Positions 1 through 11,500 of a DNA stretch of 64,000 bases are shown here, piece after piece; positions within the stretch are counted from its first letter, which is position 1, and every line of letters begins with the position of its first letter. The position numbers and the translations under genes were made by a program. Source of the DNA: Antedon mediterranea (Eukaryota > Animalia > Echinodermata); NCBI RefSeq assembly GCF_964355755.1, contig NC_092670.1, positions 2,160,201 to 2,224,200 of the forward strand, written 5' to 3'. Under the pieces are notes generated by a model, which worked only from the letters and a program-made list of their open reading frames with translations, was not told where the DNA came from and ran no database searches.

Positions 1-369
1 TGTTATGTAATGTATGCATTGGTAATAATATAAATACAACTCATAATGTAGTTGTCGGTTATTGACCATATTGAGGGCAGGATTACAATTATACTGTTGT
101 TGACAAAAGATACATGAATTCTACTCTTTCTACCTTTCTTTGTGTCTCTTATTTCTTTTGTACCCCTTGGTGTCATACTGTTTATATTTTACACATTTTA
201 TCATAGTTTATTAATGTTTATTAATGTTTATATGCGACAAGCAAGACAATTTTCAAGGCCAGCGTGCTTGACGGAATAATATAATTGAATATCTTCACAA
301 ACTGGGACATGTGTAGCCCTCAGAACCTAAACTATGCTTTATATATATATATTGAGAGAAGGTTGATCC

Positions 370-471
370 CGCAGACCAGCTGAATTTGCAGACCAGCTGA
401 ACCCACAGACCAGCTGAACTCGCAGACCAGCTGAACCCGCAGACTAGCTGATCCTGCAGACCAGCTGAACC
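370..471. repeat. Short tandem repeat, ~18-bp unit (GCAGACCAGCTGAACCC-like), ~6 copies
   Basis: Repeated gcagaccagctgaa units visible from 370 to 471. Confidence 0.85.
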
Positions 472-499
472 TTAGTTTTTGGTATTTATTTTAGTTTTA

Positions 500-873
500 G
501 ATTAGGCCCTCCACGGACCCAATGCAGCGCCTACCAGATCAGTACACCGGGAGACAGTACCCTACTCTTTGCGAAAAGTGTACAAAGTTCTTTAATGTGC
601 ACTATGTACATAGGACCAACAGCTTTATGTCCTATCCGAAAGATGAGACAATGAGAGTAAAACATCTTGCCTAAGGACACAGTTAATATGATACAGATAG
701 GCTTGGACCCATGCCTATCACATGCTAGTCCGATATTATCATTACACCACCACTCTCCAGTATATACAGCACCCTCCACGACATTCTCCCATCCAGAATG
801 CAACCAGGCCCAACATTGCTTAACTTTGGTGATTTGATGAGAAACAGTGTTTTAATGCTGTCTATGGTTGTAG
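500..873 (-). mobile_element. Degenerate SINE: 5S rRNA-derived head + tRNA-like segment + CORE-like + Deu/Nin-like domain
   Basis: Reverse complement of 873-783 (ctacaaccatagacagcattaaaacactgtttctcatcaaatcaccaaagttaagcaatgttgggcctggtt...ggatggg) aligns by eye to the 5' three-quarters of 5S rRNA with CpG decay. It is followed by A-box-like tggtgtaatg (749-740), B-box-like ggtccaagcc (709-700), tgtgtccttaggcaaga, and tcggataggacataaa...cattaaagaac...cacttttcgcaaagagtagggt...cccggtgt, resembling the Deu/Nin domain. Confidence 0.7.
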
Positions 874-1411
874 TTTTCTAGATTATTTTTGTAGACACAC
901 TATTTTAGCAAATGAAGTTTATATTGCAAATGTATTTATAAATGTCAAATAGTTTGCAAGTACAGTACCTTTAATTTCATAGTTTTTATACTTTTAACTA
1001 AAATAAATCATAAGCAACTGTTTACTATTTATACAAATAAAATTACAGTATTTAGAAACAATAAATAGAAACATACACATTTGGCATAAGTGCACACTTA
1101 AAGTGTTCATTACAAAAGATTACATGCCGATTTATATACAATACCGTGCCATAACAAATGACGTTCATTTCAGACTGCATCTTGATGCCTGTACATCATA
1201 CCAATACAAATGCTATATGATTTGCACACAAGACAACCTTTGCCTTCATGTTGTTATTTCATTATTTTATAGTTTTAAAGATGTTAAGTTTAAGATGTTA
1301 GTATGGGACGTGCAATTTGTCAACACCAAAAACTGGCATCATACAATAGACATGCATTAAATCATGGAAATTAGTAATTAATCTAAAAGATAACTTTAAA
1401 GTTTAAAATAT

Positions 1412-1612
1412 TAAAGATGTATTATCCCTCAAAAACATGAAAAATGAAGACTAATAAAATCGGACTTTAATAGGTTAAGTTATTCAAAACGAAAAAAAAA
1501 AAATTATTTTTGGTCGGTAAATTTTTTTTCCAATAAAAGTTTTTGGTCAAAGTGAATAACTACCTGTACAGTATTATGTGACAATGACATTGAAATGGCA
1601 TATTTCAAAAAT
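1412..1612 (+). mobile_element. Dispersed repeat fragment (non-autonomous DNA transposon, possibly Kolobok-like); second copy at ~34362-34640
   Basis: gatgtatt(a/g)tccc..aaaaacatgaaaaat...gtcaaagtgaataact...gacatt(g/a)aa..ggcatatt is shared with 34366-34600; this copy begins ttaaag. Confidence 0.5.
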
Positions 1613-1880
1613 TAATTCTTATTTGGACTAATCATTCCCACTCGTACATAGGCCAACTTTAAATTAATCATTCTTATACTACTAAATCTAGATTTCAGGA
1701 CAAGTCAAATTAATTGGTAAATGCAACTGCTATACTTGCCAATTAAATAAATGGCAGAAAGTGCAAGATGCTCACCTTCATTCTGAAGGGTAGTTGGTTC
1801 TAATCATGTTTAGTCAAAGTGATTGTTTTATCTCTATAATATTTTATTTACAATTAAATTGATATTACTATGTATCTTCT

Positions 1881-4180
1881 TTATGACTCTTCCATTGGAC
1901 TTTGCGATTGTGACTCCGTCATTTTAGATATCATGTCTGTAACGTCTGTGTGGCCCATATCGTTAGCCAAGTCCAGCGGGGTTATTCCACCCATACTAGC
2001 CTGCACGTCTGCACCAGCTTCTATCAACAATTGACATACATCTTGATGGCCTGATAAAAGAATATATTACATGATTACTTACACCATAATATTTGCTTTT
2101 TGTTTAAATATTTTATTATTAAACTTTAATTTTGAACACCAAGCTTGCATGTATACAATTCTAGGTTTGATTCTCCTGGTAGTTAAACTGCTAAATGCCA
2201 ATTTTTCTTGGTCCACTTAAGCCTACATCCTATTTCTAGGAGATGGGCTCACAAGTAAGAACCTTGGCTCCCACATAGGTCTTGTTATTAGATTTTAAAA
2301 AACCAGGCCCCAAAAATCTATAATTAAAGGAAGCTTTAGTTGTTTAATTCCTAAAGCTTTGTCTACACTATCAAACTAGTGTGACAAAAAAATGTTGATG
2401 TGCCAAAATATGGTAGTGATATGATATCACAATGTTCATACATTTTTTGTCACATAAAGTTTGATAGAGTAGACAGAGCTTTATAACACTGGTACCTTGC
2501 ATAACAGCCAGGTGAAGTGGTGTAGCATCATCACATTTAACGTTCTTGCAGTTCACGTTTGCATTTCCTTTCTCCAGTAGCAAACGCACTATTGACATGC
2601 TGCCCATGTTGGCAGCAGTATGAAGCGCCATGTTACCAGAGTCGGCTGGATTGTTTATGTCGGGCCTTGGCTTCACCTGAAAATATCAAAAACAGAATTT
2701 TACTATATATGTTTGTTGTGTATTGTTTTTCAATGTACGTTTTTTACAGGCTCTGCCCTATGTTGTATGTCCGCCATCTTAAATTTGATCTTTTTTTTAT
2801 CAAAATAAAGATTCGATAGTTATTTATATATGAGATAATGTCATACAAAAAAACATACAATTTATAAAATAGTTTGGTTTAGGCATTTATTTTAAAGGAT
2901 ATGAAAAATTGTGTTATAAGTAGTATTTTGATGTGTTTTCATAATCCAAATCGGCCTATTCCATTATAAAAATATAATTCTCCCCATGGGCCTGTACATT
3001 ATTTACTCCTGCATACCTTGGTAAGCAGATACAAGAGAGCAGTTTCCTGGTTCTTGGTGACCGCTTCAAACACCAGTGAGCGTTTCTGAGTATCCAACAC
3101 ATCTGCTGAAATCTTATTAGCCTTGAAATAATAATGTAGAAAATGCACGTATCCCTGACCAGTAGCCACAAATACTCTTTGAGCAGCGGTATCTTTAGAT
3201 TGTTCTTCAATTGGTGTAATATCGGTGTTCGAATCACTGATTAATCTACGGTAAAAATTAACCGCTGCAGTCCAGATATTTAATAAAGCAAACGCCCTCG
3301 TTGCCAGCATCCATTGTGCAAATTTACGATTTCTTGTGGATATTTTGACATCTGTAAGCAGCTCTTTGTACGCGTCAGTTCTGTCAGATGTAAGCGTATC
3401 TAAAATGTCAAGGAATATATATGGTCCACGAAGAGTACACAACCTTGTCGGATACTCTCGTACAACTGCAGAAACCAACTTGCGTAGATCAGTCAATTTT
3501 ACTTTTTGTTGTTCGATTCCTACTTGAAACGCAAATCTAAGTTCATCATTGATTATCCCAATTTCAAGTTTATACAGATCTAGTTTCTGTCTGTCAGGGA
3601 TTTTTTGTAGCCAAAAATTTGCAAAATGGACAAAGTTGTAATTATTATGACACCATGACGATAACTCATTTACCAATTGGTTCGCACGTTTTAAAAAAGA
3701 TTCAACGCAACTTTCATCCATATACTCAAGTACGTTGTCAAAGTTACCAGTAGATGATAGAGGGCGGGCTTCATCACTATTAATTGACCTTGATAAGGAT
3801 GACTGGACAGGTGGTAGTGGTTTTTTAGCTAACTTGAAATCATTCGTATGATTAGACTCATTTTGTTTTGAACCACTGACTTTTCCAGAAAACTGAATTT
3901 CTGCTTTTTTAAACTTATGTTTAGTTTGCTTTGCAGTAGAGGGTGGTTTTGGAACTATGGTAGTATTGATAGCATGATTCACTTTTGCTGAATTTTCTCG
4001 TAGAGTCGTTGTACCATCTGATAAAATGCTCATTGAACTAAATGGACGGACTAAGCTTTCATCGTCGCTATACTCATCATCACTTTCACGGATTGTCAAC
4101 CGTGAAACGCAGACAAGTTCTCGTAAATCTTTTACACTCCGTGACATCTTGTTTTGTTGAATCAAAATGTACAATTGCAT
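1881..4180 (-). CDS. Uncharacterised protein with C-terminal ankyrin repeats (~505 aa); coding exons 4180-3017, 2676-2496, 2050-1881
   Basis: 393-aa ORF spliced at AAG|gtatgc and ttttcag|GTG to KPRPDINNPADSGNMALHTAANMG...DATPLHLAVMQ, then G|gtacc and tatcag|GC to GHQDVCQLLIEAGADVQ..GGITPLDLA..GH. GT-AG sites and phases are consistent; stop TAA at 1883-1881. The start could be the ATG at 4147. Confidence 0.88.
2355..2480. mobile_element. PIF/Harbinger-like MITE family A, copy 1 (intronic)
   Basis: TIR agctttgtctacactatcaaact...agtttgatagagtagacagagct, flanked by TAA/TTA. Confidence 0.8.
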
Positions 4181-5385
4181 TCAATTCAGATTGTTCTTGC
4201 TTTCTGTCTGCTAACAAGTGTGTTGCCTGAACATTTATGTCAAGCTAGAGCTGGCTGCTGTTGAACATGGAACTGCATATCCAGTGGGATAACAAAGCTG
4301 ATAGCAACCCACAGAGGCAGGTGTATGCGACACGTGTATGCAAATTTGAAAAAGAATACAAGTGTACGTGTAATAACTTGCCGACAATTTAAATATTTAA
4401 TAAAATAAGTCATTATTTTGGTTTTATCTTGGGCACATTAGAAGAATCTGTGGAGCAAATATGAAAGTAATTTGTTAGACGCAATACAACTACTTTTGGG
4501 TCGTTTTATACATGAACAGAATCAGAAGAGAATTACACATTCCAGATATTGTTGCCAAGACAGAACAGAGACATTCCCCTTGGCCTACTCTACAAAAAAA
4601 AGCTGGGCCTAAATCTACTCTAGCCTAGGCCTACTACTAAAAAGGCTAGCCGTTCCTTCCAAGAATTTCAACTCATCATCAGGAGATCTCTTTTATTACT
4701 ACCGGATAGATAGGCCTACCTACGCTCTACCTTAGTTAGGCCCTAGGCCTAGCCTAAAATAAAATAAGAAAGGAAAGGCTACTTACTAGCTAGGAGGCCT
4801 AGCCTAATCGAAGTTAGGCGTTAGGCTTTAGTTAGGCCTAATAATATTTATATTTAAGAAATAGTAATATTTACGATTACGATTGTAAATCAAATTCGTA
4901 ATTAAATTCGATCAGGCCTAGGCCCTAGGCCCACTACCACTGTACGAGCCGCAGAGAGATAGAAATGCCAAACAAAAATGTTAATAATTATCGCTTCTCG
5001 TCGTGGAAATTCGATAGAGGGCGTTAACTTACCAAAACATGTTTTTTGAGTTGGGAATTTAGAGCGCGCTGAGTAGAGAGAGCCTGGAAAGAGTTTACTG
5101 GTTGGTACATTTAGAAGATATTATATTTTTTACTCATTTTCACTTTAATTTTTGTAATATATTCTTTCAATCAATAATTAAAATGTACATTAGAATTAAG
5201 TTATTTAACTTATGTATCATTAAGTAAGAGCTAAGTTGTTTTATTGGCTAACCAAAAGGAATCCGTCTGCTGAGCTGACTGGCCATATTCATCATGCATG
5301 TTTGTTATGTATAAGACGGTCTGTCATGGACAGGTTGGTGTTAGGTACGGTGGCCTAGGCTACTCTAGCAATGGTGGTATGTGTG

Positions 5386-5533
5386 GCTTGTGTCAAGCTA
5401 GCCAACAATAAGCCAGCCAACAATAAGCCAGCCCACTTTTATTTTTTCCAGCCAACAATAACTATGAAACGCCGTTTGTGCATTCTTTACATTTTCATTG
5501 TTACTTATGGCTTTTATGGTATTAGGAATTAAA
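5386..5533 (+). repeat. Left unique terminal inverted repeat (148 bp) with three GCCAACAATAA subterminal motifs
   Basis: Reverse complement of 24681-24828; gccaacaataa occurs at 5401, 5416 and 5451. Confidence 0.92.
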
Positions 5534-8500
5534 TATTTGTGAGAAAAACGGCGGATTGTTCCTGGGATTCACTTGGTGGGATTATACTAGGGTACCCCCT
5601 TAGTCGTCCAGTATAAGTTAGAGTGGGACCACTGGTCCCGTTTACTCAGCCCTCATCTTTAAAATTTGAGTGTAACTCAATTACGATTTTTAAAATATAG
5701 TTAAATTTGAAACTGTATTTGTGAGAAAATGGCGGATTGTTCCTGGGAGTCACTTGGTGGGATTATACTAGGGTACCCCCTTAGTCGTTCAGTATAAGTT
5801 AGAGTGCGACCACTGGTTCCGTTTACTCAGCCCTCATCTTTTAAATTTGAGTGTAACTCAATTACGATAAAATTTTTAAAATATAGTGAAAATTGATACT
5901 GTATTTGTGAGAAAATGGCGGATTGTTCCTGGGATTCACTTGGTGGGATTCTATTAGGGTACCCCATTAGTCGTCCAGTATAAGTTAGAGTGCGACCACT
6001 GGTCCCGTTTACTCAGCCCTCATCTTTTAAATTTGAGTGTAACTCAATTACGATAAAATTTTTAAAATAGAGTGAAAATTGATACTGTATTTGTGAGAAA
6101 ATGGCGGATTGTTCCTTGGAGTCACTTGGTGGGATTATACTAGGGTACCTCCTTAGTTGTCCAGTATAAGTTAGAGTGGGACCACTGGTCCCGTTTACTC
6201 AGCCCTCATCTTTAACGTTTGAGTGTAACTCAATTACGATTAATATTTTAAAATATAGTGAAATTTGATACTGTATTTGTGAGAAAATGGCGGATTGTTC
6301 CTGGGAGTCACTTGGTGGGATTATACTAGGTTACCCCCTTAGTCGTCCAGTATAAGTTAGAGTGGGACCACTGGTCCGGTTTACTCAGCCCTCATCTTTA
6401 AAATTTGAGTGTAACTCATTTACGATTTTTAAAATATAGTGAAATTTGATACTGTATTTGTGAGAAAATGGCGGATTGTTCCTGGGAGTCACTTGGTGGG
6501 ATTATACTAGGGTACCTCCTTAGTTGTCCAGTATAAGTTAGAGTGGGACCACTGGTCCCGTTTACTCAGCCCTCATCTTTAACGTTTGAGTGTAACTCAA
6601 TTACGATTAATATTTTAAAATATAGTGAAATTTGATACTGTATTTGTGAGAAAATGGCGGATTGTTCCTGGGAGTCACTTGGTGGGATTATACTAGGTTA
6701 CCCCCTTAGTCGTCCAGTATAAGTTAGAGTGGGACCACTGGTCCGGTTTACTCAGCACTCATCTTTAACATTTGAGTGTAACTCATTTACGATTTTTAAA
6801 ATATAGTGAAATTTGATACTGTATTTGTGAAAAAATGGCGGATTGTTCCTGGGAGTCACTTGGTGGGATTATACTAGGGTTCCCCCTTAGTCGTCCAGTA
6901 TAAGTTAGAGTGGGACCACTGGTCCCATTTACTCAGCCCTCATCTTTAAAATTTGAGTGTAACTCATTTACAATTTTTAAAATATAGTGAAATTTGAAAC
7001 TGTATTTGTGAGAAAACGGCGGATTGTTCCTGAGAGTCACTTGGTGGGATTATACTAGGGTACCTCCTTAGTCGTACAGTATAAGTTAGAGTGGGACCAC
7101 TGGTACTGTTTACTCAGCCCTCATCTTTTAAATTTGAGTGTAACTCATTTACGATTAAAAAAATATAGTGAAATTTGATACTGTATTTGTGAGAAAATGG
7201 CGGATTGTTCCTGAGAGTCACTTGGTGGGATTATACTAGGTTACCCCCTTAGTTGTCCAGTATAAGTTAGAGTGGGACCACTGGTCCGGTTTACTCAGCC
7301 CTCATCTTTAAAATTTGAGTGTAACTCATTTACGATTTTTAAAATATAGTGAAATTTGATACTGTATTTGTGAGAAAATGGCGGATTGTTCCTGGGAGTC
7401 ACTTGGTGGGATTATACTAGGGTACCTCCTTAGTTGTCCAGTATAAGTTAGAGTGGGACCACTGGTCCCGTTTACTCAGCCCTCATCTTTTAAATTTGAG
7501 TGTAACTCAATTACGATAAAATTTTTAAAATAGAGTGAAAATTGATACTGTATTTGTGAGAAAATGGCGGATTGTTCCTTGGAGTCACTTGGTGGGATTA
7601 TACTAGGGTACCTCCTTAGTTGTCCAGTATAAGTTAGAGTGGGACCACTGGTCCCGTTTACTCAGCCCTCATCTTTAACGTTTGAGTGTAACTCAATTAC
7701 GATTAATATTTTAAAATATAGTGAAATTTGATACTGTATTTGTGAGAAAATGGCGGATTGTTCCTGGGAGTCACTTGGTGGGATTATACTAGGTTACCCC
7801 CTTAGTCGTCCAGTATAAGTTAGAGTGGGACCACTGGTCCGGTTTACTCAGCCCTCATCTTTAAAATTTGAGTGTAACTCATTTACGATTTTTAAAATAT
7901 AGTGAAATTTGATACTGTATTTGTGAGAAAATGGCGGATTGTTCCTGGGAGTCACTTGGTGGGATTATACTAGGGTACCTCCTTAGTTGTCCAGTATAAG
8001 TTAGAGTGGGACCACTGGTCCCGTTTACTCAGCCCTCATCTTTAACGTTTGAGTGTAACTCAATTACGATTAATATTTTAAAATATAGTGAAATTTGATA
8101 CTGTATTTGTGAGAAAATGGCGGATTGTTCCTGGGAGTCACTTGGTGGGATTATACTAGGTTACCCCCTTAGTCGTCCAGTATAAGTTAGAGTGGGACCA
8201 CTGGTCCGGTTTACTCAGCACTCATCTTTAACATTTGAGTGTAACTCATTTACGATTTTTAAAATATAGTGAAATTTGATACTGTATTTGTGAAAAAATG
8301 GCGGATTGTTCCTGGGAGTCACTTGGTGGGATTATACTAGGGTTCCCCCTTAGTCGTCCAGTATAAGTTAGAGTGGGACCACTGGTTCCATTTACTCAGC
8401 CCTCATCTTTAAAATTTGAGTGTAACTCATTTACAATTTTTAAAATATAGTGAAATTTGAAACTGTATTTGTGAGAAAACGGCGGATTGTTCCTGAGAGT

Positions 8501-11500
8501 CACTTGGTGGGATTATACTAGGTTACCCCCTTAGTCGTCCAGTATAAGTTAGAGTGGGACCACTGGTCCGGTTTACTCAGCCCTCATCTTTAAAATTTGA
8601 GTGTAACTCATTTACGATTTTTAAAATATAGTGAAATTTGATACTGTATTTGTGAGAAAATGGCGGATTGTTCCTGGGAGTCACTTGGTGGGATTATACT
8701 AGGGTACCTCCTTAGTTGTCCAGTATAAGTTAGAGTGGGACCACTGGTCCCGTTTACTCAGCCCTCATCTTTAACGTTTGAGTGTAACTCAATTACGATT
8801 AATATTTTAAAATATAGTGAAATTTGATACTGTATTTGTGAGAAAATGGCGGATTGTTCCTGGGAGTCACTTGGTGGGATTATACTAGGTTACCCCCTTA
8901 GTCGTCCAGTATAAGTTAGAGTGGGACCACTGGTCCGGTTTACTCAGCCCTCATCTTTAAAATTTGAGTGTAACTCATTTACGATTTTTAAAATATAGTG
9001 AAATTTGATACTGTATTTGTGAGAAAATGGCGGATTGTTCCTGGGAGTCACTTGGTGGGATTATACTAGGGTACCTCCTTAGTTGTCCAGTATAAGTTAG
9101 AGTGGGACCACTGGTCCCGTTTACTCAGCCCTCATCTTTAACGTTTGAGTGTAACTCAATTACGATTAATATTTTAAAATATAGTGAAATTTGATACTGT
9201 ATTTGTGAGAAAATGGCGGATTGTTCCTGGGAGTCACTTGGTGGGATTATACTAGGTTACCCCCTTAGTCGTCCAGTATAAGTTAGAGTGGGACCACTGG
9301 TCCGGTTTACTCAGCACTCATCTTTAACATTTGAGTGTAACTCATTTACGATTTTTAAAATATAGTGAAATTTGATACTGTATTTGTGAAAAAATGGCGG
9401 ATTGTTCCTGGGAGTCACTTGGTGGGATTATACTAGGGTTCCCCCTTAGTCGTCCAGTATAAGTTAGAGTGGGACCACTGGTTCCATTTACTCAGCCCTC
9501 ATCTTTAAAATTTGAGTGTAACTCATTTACAATTTTTAAAATATAGTGAAATTTGAAACTGTATTTGTGAGAAAACGGCGGATTGTTCCTGAGAGTCACT
9601 TGGTGGGATTATACTAGGTTACCCCCTTAGTCGTCCAGTATAAGTTAGAGTGGGACCACTGGTCCGGTTTACTCAGCCCTCATCTTTAAAATTTGAGTGT
9701 AACTCATTTACGATTTTTAAAATATAGTGAAATTTGATACTGTATTTGTGAGAAAATGGCGGATTGTTCCTGGGAGTCACTTGGTGGGATTATACTAGGG
9801 TACCTCCTTAGTTGTCCAGTATAAGTTAGAGTGGGACCACTGGTCCCGTTTACTCAGCCCTCATCTTTAACGTTTGAGTGTAACTCAATTACGATTAATA
9901 TTTTAAAATATAGTGAAATTTGATACTGTATTTGTGAGAAAATGGCGGATTGTTCCTGGGAGTCACTTGGTGGGATTATACTAGGTTACCCCCTTAGTCG
10001 TCCAGTATAAGTTAGAGTGGGACCACTGGTCCGGTTTACTCAGCCCTCATCTTTAAAATTTGAGTGTAACTCATTTACGATTTTTAAAATATAGTGAAAT
10101 TTGATACTGTATTTGTGAGAAAATGGCGGATTGTTCCTGGGAGTCACTTGGTGGGATTATACTAGGGTACCTCCTTAGTTGTCCAGTATAAGTTAGAGTG
10201 GGACCACTGGTCCCGTTTACTCAGCCCTCATCTTTAACGTTTGAGTGTAACTCAATTACGATTAATATTTTAAAATATAGTGAAATTTGATACTGTATTT
10301 GTGAGAAAATGGCGGATTGTTCCTGGGAGTCACTTGGTGGGATTATACTAGGTTACCCCCTTAGTCGTCCAGTATAAGTTAGAGTGGGACCACTGGTCCG
10401 GTTTACTCAGCCCTCATCTTTAACATTTGAGTGTAACTCATTTACGATTTTTAAAATATAGTGAAATTTGATACTGTATTTGTGAAAAAATGGCGGATTG
10501 TTCCTGGGAGTCACTTGGTGGGATTATACTAGGGTACCCCCTTAGTCGTCCAGTATAAGTTAGAGTGGGACCACTGGTCCCATTTACTCAGCCCTCATCT
10601 TTAAAATTTGAGTGTAACTCATTTATAATTTTTAAAATATAGTGAAATTTGAAACTGTATTTGTGAGAAAACGGCGGATTGTTCCTGAGAGTCACTTGGT
10701 GGGATTATACTAGGGTACGTCCTTAGTCGTCCAGTATAAGTTAGAGTGGGACCACTGGTCCGGTTTACTCAGCCCTCATCTTTAAAAATTGAGTGTAACT
10801 CATTTACGATTTTTAAAATATAGTGAAATTTGATACTGTATTTGTGAGAAAATGGCGGATTGTTCCTGGGAGTCACTTGGTGGGATTATACTAGGGTACC
10901 TCCTTAGTCGTACAGTATAAGTTAGAGTGGGACCACTGGTACTGTTTACTCAGCCCTCATTTTTTAAATTTGAGTGTAACTCATTTACGATCAAAAAAAT
11001 ATAGTGAAATTTGATACTGTATTTATGAGAAAATGGCGGATTGTTCCTGGGAGTCACTTGGTGGGATTATACTAGGTTACCCCTTAGTCGTCCAGTATAA
11101 GTTAGAGTGGGACCACTGGTCCGGTTTACTCAGCCCTCATCTTTAAAATTTGAGTGTAACTCATTTACGATTTTTAAAATATAGGGAAATTTGATACTGT
11201 ATTTGTGAGAAAATGGCGGATTGTTCCTGGGAGTCACTTGGTGGGATTATACTAGGGTACCTCCTTAGTTGTCCAGTATAAGTTAGAGTGGGACCACTGG
11301 TCCCGTTTACTCAGCCCTCATCTTTAACATTTGAGTGTAACTCAATTACGATTAATATTTTAAAATATAGTGAAATTTGATACTGTATTTGTGAGAAAAT
11401 GGCGGATTGTTCCTGGGAGTCACTTGGTGGGATTATACTAGGTTACCCCCTTAGTCGTCCAGTATAAGTTAGAGTGGGACCACTGGTCCGGTTTACTCAG

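Noticed and set aside
783-873. Functional 5S rRNA gene
   Set aside because: 3'-truncated, CpG-decayed, and fused to a SINE-like body.
1765-1806. tRNA-like fragment downstream of the ankyrin stop codon
   Set aside because: Too degenerate to fold or assign; at most an old SINE head.
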